From: Plasmodiophora brassicae
Lineage: Eukaryota
Direction of reading: 5' to 3'
Assembly (NCBI GenBank): GCA_036867785.1
Contig: CP145416.1
Location: 992,001-1,056,000 of the forward strand
DNA: 64,000 nucleotides
Position 1 is the stretch's first letter, and every line of letters begins with the position of its first letter. Below the pieces are notes generated by a model. It saw nothing but the letters and a program-made list of their open reading frames with translations, ran no database searches and was not told the DNA's origin. This document shows, piece after piece, positions 37,334-48,600 of this stretch. Both the position numbers and the translations under genes were made by a program.

Positions 37334-37776
37334 GACAAAGGGGGGCGTCGACGCTCAAAATGACGTCGGTCTACTTCTTTTACTTCCGACCGTGCGCCTG
37401 ACGACACTTTTTGCGGGATACCGAAGCCGTTGCCGCGCCTTGCACCTGCGGGCCTGATTGTTTCGCAGATCCTTACGTTGCAAGTAGGACGCCAGGTCGG
37501 TTGCTCGCTTAACGACGCCGGGCGTTCTCCATGCATAAGCCAACGGAGGTACCCGTGGAAACATTGGGTCCGGGATCAACGATGAGGCAATGTATTTTTT
37601 CCGGTAAGACGTGCATGATATTGCATGATGAAAGAGACAGCGAAGTCGACGTTCAGGGGAAAGCAGGTAGCAAGGTCAAACGGGGTGTGTGAGCCTGTCA
37701 GGTATGGCCAGCAGCAGTCACGGACTCCGTCGCTAAGCGTCACGGAGTCCGTGGGCCCGCCTCGTTCCTATCTGCA

Positions 37777-38267
37777 ATGGATTCTCGCAATGGAGGGTGG
37801 GTCTTGTGATGGTCGGTCAGCACGGTACACGGCTAATGTGTGTCCAGGATGGACGGCGTTGAGGGCGGTATTGCACTTATGGACGTGACTGATGGTATGT
37901 TTCTCTTGGAACTGTACCGGGAACCTTTGTGGTTAAATGCATTCGCAGGAGCCGCCGCTCCAGCTGCGACCGAAAGATCCACCACACCATATATGACAAA
38001 ATACGAAAAAGCGAGAGTGCTTGGAACGCGAGCACTTCAAATTAGGTGCATGAATGATACGCGATGTTTTCCACAAAGTCTAATCGCGTACGTTCCAGCA
38101 TGAACGCTCCTGTGATGGTCGACCTGGAAGGTGAGACCGACCCACTGGAGATTGCCATGAAAGAGCTTCGCGAGAAGAAAATCCCGATCATCATTCGGCG
38201 CTTCCTCCCCGATAACTCCTATGAGGATTGGGCTGTCAACGAACTAATCGTTGACCCCAAACTCTAA
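37777..38267 (+). CDS. RPB6: RNA polymerases I/II/III common subunit RPB6 (start uncertain; alternative ATG at 37849)
   Basis: [76 protein letters not shown]. Confidence 0.96.
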
Positions 38268-38737
38268 ACTATGTCCGTTGCTGGCTGTCTTGGTCTGATT
38301 GGCTTACCGACATTATTGAACGCTACTGCCTATGTAGACGTCGTAAGTTGAGGTTCAGTGTACCGTACAGTACTGTAGTAACGCACGCTGAGCTCAATGG
38401 CAAATTTTCTGGCTTGCTGCATCGTTCTGGTACAGTAGGCACGTGCAGTATGTCACACTTTCGCAGACGTAGTCGACGTCCGCTGAGGTGGTTGGCTAAC
38501 GTTACCCTCTTGCTGCATCGTCCGCATGTGCGACGCGTCACACATTCGCTGCGCTATAGTACCATCGACACCGCGTCGTGCGACTCTGTGACCAATGGCA
38601 TCATGCGCCATACTGTGTCTTCGCCCACAGCCGGCGGGTCACGTTTGTACGGCTGACGAGCTGCTCGGGAACTCCCTACGTTTCGTCAGAACGCAAGTAG
38701 TGTGAACGAGAGAGTTTGCGTCCGCTGTTCAAGCCCC

Positions 38738-40449
38738 ATGATACGCGTCGTCGCCTATCTGCTCATCGTTCTGGTAGCGGTTGCTAGCGGTGATGGAGGA
38801 CCCGGGCCGTCGCCAAGGGAGTCGCAACCCCCACCTCCCGACTTTCAGACCCCGCCTCCAACGGCAGCACCGCACAACTACAGCCGGGACGCCCCGCCCC
38901 CATTCAGTGCGCCACCGCCAGGTGGTCCAAACGTCAACCAGGACATCAAGCCCAAATGTCTGAACCCGTTGACGAACCTGGCCAACCTGGCCTACACGTG
39001 CTTCAAGAACGCGAGCTCGGCCTCCGGGGCACAACGCCAGGCCTGGTGTGCCCCAAACGGTTGCCAGCGGCAGCTGTTACAAGCGTTGGACAACGTCAAC
39101 GACAGGTGCTCGGGCGACGATGCTGGGAAACGTCGAGGTCCCGGACAGCCCAACCTGGCTGTCGACCTGATCATCAACGTGACGAACGCGCTTCGGGTGT
39201 TCCAAGGCCGCATGTGCCCGCCGCCAAATAACAAAGCCCCCTGTTCCGACCAACTTCCGATGCTTAAGCTTGCCGATAACGTCAGTCGCCACCATCTGTA
39301 ACTTCCAATGATTTGAGCTGACCCCCAGCTTTTCAGGACCAAGTATCGCAGCAGGCGTTGGATATGGCTTGTCAACCGTGTGCGCTGCTTGCCAACCGGG
39401 ACAATGCTCGCGGCGGGAGTGCGTATGGCAAGCCTCCACCACCGCCCCAGCAGGCAGTCGACGCCACCAAGATGTTCGCGGCATGCATGAAGGACGACGA
39501 CGGCGTGTACTGCGCCCTCAAGCGTCAGACGTTCAACGGCACCCGATTCGGGGACCTGTGCTCCCCCTGCTGGAGACGTTACTACTCGCAAGTGGCATAC
39601 GCCTCCAGCAACCTGACCGTATACACCGACTCGAGCGCATCGTACGCTTACCATTGACAATTCTGGTCGTTGCAGGTGAACCCAGACCGTCGTTTCCATA
39701 ACCTGTTCCAGGGTGCCTGCTTCGGGGACAACAGTAACCGGAACCTGGCGCGTCCTTGCGTCGACAAGGTCATCCCGTTCCTGAACGTCACCATCGCGCA
39801 CCTGCAGATGATCGCGAACGGCACCCTCGCGCTGTCCGACGTGCGCGGATCTCTCGACGCCTGCAAGATGGCGCCATGCTCGCAGGGCTGTCGGAACCAG
39901 GTCCAGGCGGTCATCAACCGGGCTGGCTGCTGTGGTGCTTCCATCCCGTCTGTCATCGGCCTGTTGGGACACACTGCTGCTACGAACTCGAGTTGCTTCT
40001 TGAAAGGTCTGATCCTGCCGCAGCCCTGCTGGGCAGGGAGGAACGTCACGGTCCGGGCATCGGTGCTCACGAACGTGTCTGCGCAAGCGACCTGCGACGA
40101 GCTGGTCGAGGACGCTGCTGTGGGTGCTCAAATCGGACGCGATCAGGTCACCTGCACTCCTCGCAGCGGCAACCGGCGTCGCTTGCTGGCGCAGACGGTG
40201 ACTGCTGATATCACCATGACGAACGTGCAGACGGATTCGGTGTCGATCAGCGGGACCGGGTCAGCGTTGTCAGGCACGCTGCAGTCTGTCCAAGTCTTGT
40301 CTGCTGGCGTATCGACGACCACCACTATGGCACCAGCGGCGCCCACACCAGCACCCACGCCTGCTCCAACGGTGAGCCCGGCTAGCGCCATGGACTACAC
40401 GATTGCAATTGCAATCCTGCTCGCCACGATCGTGTTCTTCGTCCTGTAA
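38738..40449 (+). CDS. Secreted Cys-rich, probably GPI-anchored surface protein (3 exons)
   Basis: Signal peptide MIRVVAYLLIVLVAVASG, a Pro-rich segment, many Cys (including GCCG), RRRLLAQ, a T/P/A stalk and a hydrophobic C-terminus ASAMDYTIAIAILLATIVFFVL. Confidence 0.85.
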
Positions 40450-40927
40450 CCCGCGACGCTGTCCACCACGAAAAGTTCCTTCCTTTTCGATACATGACAC
40501 TAAAGTTCAGCACTGGCGCCACACACAGGCCGTTCAGGCAGATCGACAGTTAGTCGCCCATGCATGTCACCTTGGCACCTTTCAAAGTTTAGATGCTGTA
40601 GCCTTGTATCGTTAGTGTTGGACAGCGGACCCAGGTCCTCATCGTCGTGCGGCCGCTTGCCATTTCGTCCCCAGTTTCGCGCAGGAGAGGAGGGCCAACC
40701 TGCCGTGACTGCCAATGGTGTTACCGCTTGCCGCCCGGCGGTGGAGGAGACCGATCGCACCATCCTGGACGGGAAAATGGTGATGTCGTCGCATTCTGCC
40801 GAGCGCGGTGGAGACGCTCTGTATTTAGCAGCAGCACTGCTCCGATCTATTCTGGGACAACGACTGGGGGAGGAGGAACCTGCTTTCAGGTGGCCAGCTC
40901 AGTCCGGAAGAAGGGCAGTGCGGCATC

Positions 40928-42940
40928 ATGTTGGAGCACGTCTCCACGCTTGCGCTGATTGCGTTCCTGTTGGGCATCTCGTTCGGGGCCGACCCTGATG
41001 GGCTGGCGGTCACCGGCGGCGTACCAAGTTCGCCAGGAGGAGGTACCGAACACCCGATGCCAGCTTCTGTCGGCGACAACGTTCGCCTGTTCACAGACAC
41101 CGACCTTCGTGAAAATATGGACGGCGCTAATGGTGCATCTTTCGAGGCGGCCATGGAGGTGATGCAAGCGCTGAATTCCGGCGACGTGCTTGCCAGTGAA
41201 CCTGTTCAGGAGGGTACCGCGGAGGAGACATCGTTGAACATCGCGTCTGAGAGCACTTCTGACGAGGAGGAAGAGAAGCAAGTGCTGAATTCCGGCGACG
41301 TGTCTGCCAGCGAACCTGTTCAGACGGGTACCGCGGGGAAGTTAGCGTTGAACATCGCATCTGAGAGCACATCTGACGAGGAAGAAACCAAGCATGTGCT
41401 GAATTCCGGCGACGTGCCTCCCAGTGAACCTGTTCAGGCGGGTACCGCGGAGGAGACAGCGTTGAACATCGCGTCTGAGAGCACTTCTGACGAGGAGGAA
41501 GAGAAGCATGAGGCGTTGTCCACCGACGTGCTTGCCAGTGAGCCTGTTAAGGCGGGTACTGCCGAGGAGGTAGCGTTGAACATCGCGTCTGAAAGAACAT
41601 CTGACGAGGAGGAAAATAAGCAAGTGCTGAATTCCGGCGACATGTCTGCCAGCGAACCTGTTCAGACGGGTACCGCGGAGAAGTTAGCGTTGAACATCGC
41701 ATCTGAGAGCACATCTGACGAGGAAGAAACCAAGCAAGTGCTGAATTCCGGCGACGTGCCTCCCAGTGAACCTGTTCAGGCGGGTACCGCGGAGGAGACT
41801 GCGTTGAACATCGCGTCTGAGAGCACATCTGACGATGAGGAAGAGAAGCAGGAGGCGTTGTCCACCGACGTGCTTGTCAGTGAGCCTGTTAAGGCGGGTA
41901 CTGCCGAGGAAGCAACGTTGAACGTCAACATCGCGTCTGACGGTGGCTCTAATGAGGTCGACAAGAAGGCCCACATTGCATCTGGCAGTGAATCTGGCAA
42001 GACCGTCGGCGGTCAGGACGAAACACCAAAGCCCGACCAAACCCGTTCAGGGGCTGTGGACGCCGAATCGTCTTTCTGCAAACGAGGCTCTGATTTTGCT
42101 AAGCGGCACAGGACGGCCGCTGCTGGTATTCTCATTGTCGCGCTCCTGAGTAAGCAGGGTCTAGTTGGAACCGTGAAGAAGGCCATTCATCGATCCGCTC
42201 ATCCCGCGAAGGTCGACAACAAACCTGCCAAGAAGTCGCGGGAGGTCTCCACGCTGGCCAAATTCGCCATCGGTGGTGCCTCCACCGCTGCGGTGGCTGG
42301 AGCTGGAGCAATCGCGTTCCTCCTGAGCCGGTCGGCTGAGAAAACCCAGCAGACGAATTTGCTGCCCAAGCGCGAGCTGGTCGTTCCCGAGTCCAAACCG
42401 GATAGCACTTCGTCGAAGAACGCCGCCGGGATCATCATCGCGGTCGTCGCCCTGTCCATCGCGGTCGGTGCCTTCGTTGCCTCATACCGCTCTGGAACGA
42501 TCGCGAAGCCCATTGCAGGCCCACCACCCGCCATCGTTGTCGGCGACCCGACCGACGACGCTGACATCGCTGTTGACACCCTAATCGCTCCCGACGCCCA
42601 CGTTCCACCAAGTGATGCACCTGCAGGGATCGTCGGCGCGCTGACCACTGATGCTCCTGAAGTTGTCGTCGAAGTTGCCGGCGATGACGCCGACGCTCCC
42701 GACCGTGATCCATTTGGCGGTGCTCAACTTCCCGTCGTCGACCCCATGGACGATGTTGAAGGTCCAGCCGACGTCCCACGTGGGGATGTTGAAGCGCCCG
42801 CTGCTCCAGGCGCTGCTGCGGATGCTCCAGCCACCACCTCATACGACGTCACTGAGGATCCAGCCAGCACCCCAGACGCTGTCGCTGATGTTCCGGCTGG
42901 CAAGATCGATGTCGGCGACGATACTCCTGCATCCGTGTAA
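40928..42940 (+). CDS. Intronless acidic repeat protein with signal peptide and three hydrophobic segments (670 aa)
   Basis: Long clean ORF: signal peptide, 38-aa acidic repeats, TM-like AAAGILIVALL, FAIGGASTAAVAGAGAIAFLL and GIIIAVVALSIAVGAFVA, then an acidic D/A/P tail. Confidence 0.85.
   Translation: MLEHVSTLALIAFLLGISFGADPDGLAVTGGVPSSPGGGTEHPMPASVGDNVRLFTDTDLRENMDGANGASFEAAMEVMQALNSGDVLASEPVQEGTAEETSLNIASESTSDEEEEKQVLNSGDVSASEPVQTGTAGKLALNIASESTSDEEETKHVLNSGDVPPSEPVQAGTAEETALNIASESTSDEEEEKHEALSTDVLASEPVKAGTAEEVALNIASERTSDEEENKQVLNSGDMSASEPVQTGTAEKLALNIASESTSDEEETKQVLNSGDVPPSEPVQAGTAEETALNIASESTSDDEEEKQEALSTDVLVSEPVKAGTAEEATLNVNIASDGGSNEVDKKAHIASGSESGKTVGGQDETPKPDQTRSGAVDAESSFCKRGSDFAKRHRTAAAGILIVALLSKQGLVGTVKKAIHRSAHPAKVDNKPAKKSREVSTLAKFAIGGASTAAVAGAGAIAFLLSRSAEKTQQTNLLPKRELVVPESKPDSTSSKNAAGIIIAVVALSIAVGAFVASYRSGTIAKPIAGPPPAIVVGDPTDDADIAVDTLIAPDAHVPPSDAPAGIVGALTTDAPEVVVEVAGDDADAPDRDPFGGAQLPVVDPMDDVEGPADVPRGDVEAPAAPGAAADAPATTSYDVTEDPASTPDAVADVPAGKIDVGDDTPASV
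41171..41940 (+). repeat. Coding tandem repeat, about 7 x 114 bp (38 aa), with a 342-bp higher-order duplication
   Basis: Unit starts at 41171, 41285, 41399, 41513, 41627, 41741 and 41855. Units 2-3-4 are nearly identical to units 5-6-7. Confidence 0.95.
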
Positions 42941-43031
42941 GCTCTCTTTCATTCATTTCGTTGCATACAACTCCAGATTGGTGCCTTTTGTATCGTATGG
43001 CCTGTCTCTTGGGTTCCGGTACATCTTCATT

Positions 43032-44489
43032 TTATAGCTTGGCGCCCCTGGCATCCTTGTCTGGCTGCCCGGTGATGTGATCTGCCTTGTCGACGAGTGT
43101 CCCTATGGATACGTGATCAATAGGATCATGGACGGAGGAACAGTCTGGGTGCTGCTGCTCCCAGAGAATCAAATCCTGCGGCCTCTGGTGAGCACCGTCA
43201 TATCAACGTATACGTCACGGGCGGTTAATACAGGTGCAAGCAGGGACATGATTGACGACCGTGGAGTATGACCTAGCTCGCTCGACAGGGTCTGTTCACG
43301 CTGTATGTCTGCCGGGCCCAGCTCTAACAAGCCGCTCCTCTGGACGGCTGCCTTGCCCGAGGACAGTACGTACACGCCCGCGACGATCATGACGAGGCCG
43401 ATGGAGAACCCCACAGCTTCGACGGCCTCGAAATCGTCAAACTCGCAGAAGTAGATACCTGAGATGATTTTCATCCATCCGGGAACGCTCACGCGCAAAA
43501 GTGCATTGCCGACCTCCTCCGATGATGCTGAACAAGATCCAGGCCACCTGGAGAAGAGGAATGATCAGGATGCCGTCGTAGCTCCGCAACGCTGAGTTCA
43601 TTCGGTGAAGCCTGCGCGTGCATGCACGTCAAGCTGAAAGGAAGGGAACACAGTAAGTCATGGTGCAGCGACGCGTACCAGAATGCCATGGTGATCGCCC
43701 AGAACGAAAGAACGACATATATGGCGGGACCGTTCAGCTGGTTGGAATCCGCAATTGACGTTCTGATTAGAATGGAGGCTGACTTTGCCAGCATGACGGA
43801 CTGTGTACCGATCACTGCACATACAGAACAGCATCAGAATCGCATAACGTCTGTGACGAAGTTGGCTTACTGGCGGACACCAGCGCGTAAAGGACAGGAA
43901 GGTACAAATGTCTCTTGATTGAACTGGAGCGCGTCTGATTGGAGGAAATGTCCCAGGTCTTATTTCGAAGAGTTCCAGATACATTCATGTACAGGGCTTG
44001 CATGGCTAGCAGGCCAACGAACAGGCAGCATATGTAGATGATATAGGAGTCGCGAACGTAGAGCTCCAGTAACTGATCAGCTGAATACTCGGGGGTATCC
44101 GAATGGGCGAACACGACAATGAAGCAATTGCCAAGTACGATCCAGAAGGTGCCGAGCAGGACTCGTTTCGTGATACGTTCGTGGTGCAAGTATGACGCGA
44201 ATATGACATTGGTGACGAATTGGATGGAACTCAGAGCCGACAGCAGCGACTGGGCAGCGAACCCAAACGAGATAAAGTTGACAACGTTGCCTAGGCTGAA
44301 GAAGGCCGTCCCCGTCAGCCACGTCGTTGACTTGTACCACTTCTTCGGCGCGCCCCCGTCAGCAACCAGTTCGTCGTTCTTGGCATGGCCCAGCTTCATG
44401 ACGTTCGTCCCGAAATTGATCGCCACCGACCCGAATAGGTTAAGGACGGCCCCATACACCCAAACGTTATCGTCATTCGCATCGCCCAT
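43032..44489 (-). CDS. NIPA/DUF803 magnesium transporter family (DMT superfamily), multi-exon
   Basis: GAVLNLFGSVAINFGTNVMKLGH, GNVVNFISFGFAAQSLLSALSSIQFVTNVIFA, IGTQSVMLAKS, RMNSALRSYDGILIIPLLQVAWILFSIIG and GIYFCEF. Confidence 0.92.
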
Positions 44490-44769
44490 GCCAGACACGC
44501 CGCCGCCGGCAACCTTCACAGTACACCCCCTATTGGGAGATACCTACCCGTACGCCGGATCGAGGGCGCGGACCGGGACCCGCAACGTGCCGCCTAGCAG
44601 CACAGGCGCCAGGGCAGCGCGACCGGGACGTCTGAGGAGATGTGTTACGGCGCGGACCGTTGCTGACTCAACTGACGTGCGTATCGCGTATCCGCTGGCG
44701 AAACGCTCGGGAGCCGTTCGTCCTACCTGGTTACGCAACGTGCGCGCGGTGGGTGTGACGCGTCGTACT

Positions 44770-44791
44770 GGGGGGGGGGGGGGGGGGGGGG
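44770..44791 (+). repeat. Poly-G tract (G22) in a divergent promoter
   Basis: 22 consecutive G between starts at 44489 (-) and 44824 (+). Confidence 0.9.
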
Positions 44792-44823
44792 ACGCCCGAC
44801 ACGTTACCATTGTACATGATGGG

Positions 44824-45471
44824 ATGGGCAGCCGTGGGCTGCTGATCCTGGCATGTGCGGTCGTTGCCATCTCCGGCCACAGGCTGCTCGTGTCGGACGT
44901 CGTCGGACTGGAGGGGTCGTCGTCGGACCCGTTGAGGCGCATGGCGGCAGCGATCGCCGACGACGGATCCGCCGGCGTCGAGATCTGGACGACGCGTGCG
45001 GCCGTTGCGGGGACGACACCCGTCGTGGACGGGGTGACGGCCGCGATCTCGCTGAAGGTTTGGGCACAATCGCAGGCACGACGTGGACTTGCAATGGTCA
45101 GTCGAAATGCTTCGCGACAAATCCACGGTCGCTGTCGGCAAGGCCTCATCGACATACCGCACGTGGTCACATTCCTGAAGGAATGGGAGGCAGGAGCTAT
45201 ACCTGGCGTTGAGAAGCTATCTGTGGAGCAACGTCGAGCACTCGACCTGCTGTGCGACGCCATCGCCATTACAGCCATCCGATCCAACGCCGATGAGCCA
45301 GCAATCCACCGAATCACCCGGGCCCTGTCGCCTGTCATCACCGAACCGCCACTCCCCGACGAGATGAACAACGCATCGGCGACGTGGAGAAGCATCGGCG
45401 CCTTCCTCGCCATGCACGTCCTCTTCAGACTCGCTCGACTGGGAACAAGCCTTCAGCGCAACGATCGGTAA
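44824..45471 (+). CDS. Small secreted hypothetical protein (about 215 aa)
   Basis: Signal peptide MGSRGLLILACAVVAISG; open frame to a stop at 45471; hydrophobic stretch near the C-terminus; no recognised domain. Confidence 0.6.
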   Translation: MGSRGLLILACAVVAISGHRLLVSDVVGLEGSSSDPLRRMAAAIADDGSAGVEIWTTRAAVAGTTPVVDGVTAAISLKVWAQSQARRGLAMVSRNASRQIHGRCRQGLIDIPHVVTFLKEWEAGAIPGVEKLSVEQRRALDLLCDAIAITAIRSNADEPAIHRITRALSPVITEPPLPDEMNNASATWRSIGAFLAMHVLFRLARLGTSLQRNDR

Positions 45472-45648
45472 ATACATGATCGTCGAGTACCTGTGGAACG
45501 CACGCCTGGCAACCTGGTGATGTGCGGCTCACTGTTCATTGCGAAGTCCTATGGCTGCATGTCTGCGCTCGTAGGCGTCGCAAAAGACCCGACTGACGGC
45601 ATTGACTGCGCGCGGTGACGGCGCTCTACGAGATTGGCGTTTCGAGCG

Positions 45649-48600
45649 ATGGCGACGGACGGCGGCATCGGCATGGCCAGCCGTCCGCGAACGGCGAAGC
45701 AGCATTCGACCGCGTCCGCATGGACGGTGAAGCAGAAGTCAGCGAAGCGGTATCGTCTCGAGGAGCACGAACTGTTCAAGTTGCCGGACGGGGAGCAGGT
45801 CTATGCGGATGTGTACCGCGTCATAGGCGGGGCCGGCGGCCATGGGTCCGCTGAGGAGCGCCTGTCAGTTGAGACGTTCACGCACGGGTTCAAACCTGAC
45901 GTGTCGTCTATCGGGTTCGAGCACAACCGCTTGAACTTGGAGCAATTTCGTGCGAAGCGCCATGACCTACGTCGTCGAATCAATGAGTTGCGCTCGCGGT
46001 CTCGGAAGAAGCGGTACGCTGACAATCCCATCCCGCTCGTTGTCAACCTTTCTCCGGAAGAGAAATCCTTGTTCTGTAATCGGCTTGCTGATGTCCACAC
46101 CCCGCTAGCCGATTTGGCACAATCTCCTCCATTCGGCTACAAAGCCGACGTACTGTTGGACATGCTCTGGTCGAAACGTGTCTCACCTCAGAGGGCGACT
46201 TGGTTCATCAAAGTCGTCTACTTGAACATGTTCTCGGACAAGAGTAAGGCCCGGCCCGGACGCCGTCCTGCTGCTGAACGCAAAAGCAAATGCAAAGAGG
46301 AATGGACTGAGCACCTCCAAGCATATCTTGCCAAAACTGTTCAGGTCGGTGCCTGCTACAGTTTCTCTTGACGTACTCGCTCTCTGATTGCAGTCGGTTT
46401 GCCAGAGCGAAACGTACGGGGCAACGAACACTGAATTGATGCCGAAATGGTAGATGTTCTTTTGTGCACTGAGCATTCGTTTCGTTGCCTCCCGCAGCTA
46501 ACTGTAACGGACACAGGTCTTATCTCTGTTCCCTGCTCTGCTGGCAGTATGAACTTGGTCTTCTCAGTCGTGTCAAACTGCTGTATTGGCTAATCGGCCA
46601 GCTCGAAGAATGTTCCCAAAATGAGGCAAACCTGCTCATGTCAACGTTCTGGCTGCTGCCAGTCGCTCGCTTCATTCGTACGCCCCAGCATTTTCGTAGT
46701 TGTTATTGTGCGTTCCGCTGATACTTGTGTTAGATGACATCCAGCTCTCTCGTTTGCATTCCTATCGTCTCTTCTGCGTGTGTTCCTTTCTGGTCGGAAA
46801 AACAAGTGTTCGTACTTTAGCTGTCACCGTTGCCACGTGTGCCATGTGCCCTGACAACGTGCCGTGCAGATTGGACGCGTGACGAACCACGAAGGAAAAT
46901 CAAGGATCTGTTGCGTTGCGGAGGCCATTATAACTTACCTCGAGGATGCCATCCCGATGTCTCGAAACTGGACATCAATGAGGGATATGCCTTCAAACGA
47001 GAGTCGTCTAGCCCGGCGGCAAACAGAAGCGTCATCGTTGAATGAGTTCAACGTACCTCACTTCATTTTGCTACTTGACTCCATTAACGAGTGCTCCAGC
47101 ACGTGTCCTGGAGTGATAACCTGCTCCAAGATTCTGCTTCCTGCAGCTGATGTCTTGAACGGTAGCGCCCTGACGACATTACTTCAATGGAGTGTCGACG
47201 AGCACAGGCAGCATTTATGGATACGAAGCCTTGTTGCTGGCTATCTGATCAAGGAGCTTCACGAGGGCGCATCCACCCAGACGAAGGCCGCTTTGGTCGA
47301 CCACATTGTCGAATTCGCTTGTGAATTTCGCACGGCCGACAAACACGGTCAGTCTCCGCTGAAGACTCCTAAAAGCTTCCTGACATGTCGTCTCCACAGT
47401 CGCAAATCAGCTTATCGTTGTCTACACAGAGCTGTCTCGGGCAGGGATATATTCCTGCGCTCTAGCTTTGCGTTATTTGGTTTCAAGAGGCATACTTGGC
47501 AACGCATCGCTCTTTGCCGATCCTATCGCGCGAAGTCACGGGCGCTTCATAATCGAGCACATCCCGCTGTTTGATACAGACTTGCCTCGCTATGTGTTTG
47601 TCCAGCGGCGGCACTATCTGTATGGTCTGTCTTCCAATGTAACTGAAGCAGTACCGTACTGTTTCGAAGGCTGCTTATTTTTGTGTTGCCCAGTTTGACG
47701 ACCTGCTTCGTGGACGGCTGCTCGCAGCGTTCGCTTCGTACTTCAATGACATTTCTGGCGGCGCGTTCTACCGATCCTTGAGTGAGTCTAATCCCGAAGC
47801 GTACCAGGTGGCCGTTTCAAGAGAAAATCATACGTACGCCGACGACTATGTAAGCACGTGATCGGACCCAGATCCATTCCAGTGTTCTAAGGATGGTTAG
47901 ACGGTATCGTGGGATGGGCTCGTGGATCGTGCTCGTCCAGGACGAACCGCAGTCGAGACCATTGCCGTTACAGCGCCCCTCTTCCATGTTGAACCCGTTT
48001 TGCAGACCTGTACGGTGGCGCTAATTCGCATGTTTCAGTCTGAGGGGTTTGTGGCCAGTTCAGCTTGTCTGGTTTATTTGACCTTTGCCCTGCTAGGTCG
48101 CATACCGTTCTTGCGTTGCAAAGTTGTTTCCATGCGGCTGTAAACCTCTTGTTCCTCACGTCTCAGTTCCGGTCAATGTGCACGTTCCTGGTCACTGTTC
48201 TCGAAACGGTCGGTGTTCATGGTGGTTCAACTGGGTCGCACCTGATCTAAAGACAGGCCCCTATGCTCGAGCGTACTGCGCTGGTGACGATAAGGGCCCA
48301 GCAGCCCGTGTTTTTCAGCCTCTCAATGGAAGCCACACTGAGGTCTGCCTGTTCCGCCCTTATGCGGCGCGATATGCGCACTGTCCAGTCAGCGGAAATT
48401 TGGCTAGCCAACGCCCGTTTGAGTACATCCATGTAAGAATCTGGATGCATAACGTCCATATTGTTTCGATCGTTTATGCCTGATGACGTTAACAGAACGC
48501 GCTGGCTGTCAGAAAACGTTGTCCAGGTTTGTAAAGAACCACCTTGCTTACTCCCAGGTCTCATGTGTCGCCATCAGAAATTTACTGGGCGCTATCACAA

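Noticed and set aside
44119-44823. N-terminal part of the 450-aa plus-strand ORF 44119-45471
   Set aside because: It is antisense to the NIPA gene and reads through the poly-G tract. The plausible start is the signal-peptide Met at 44824.
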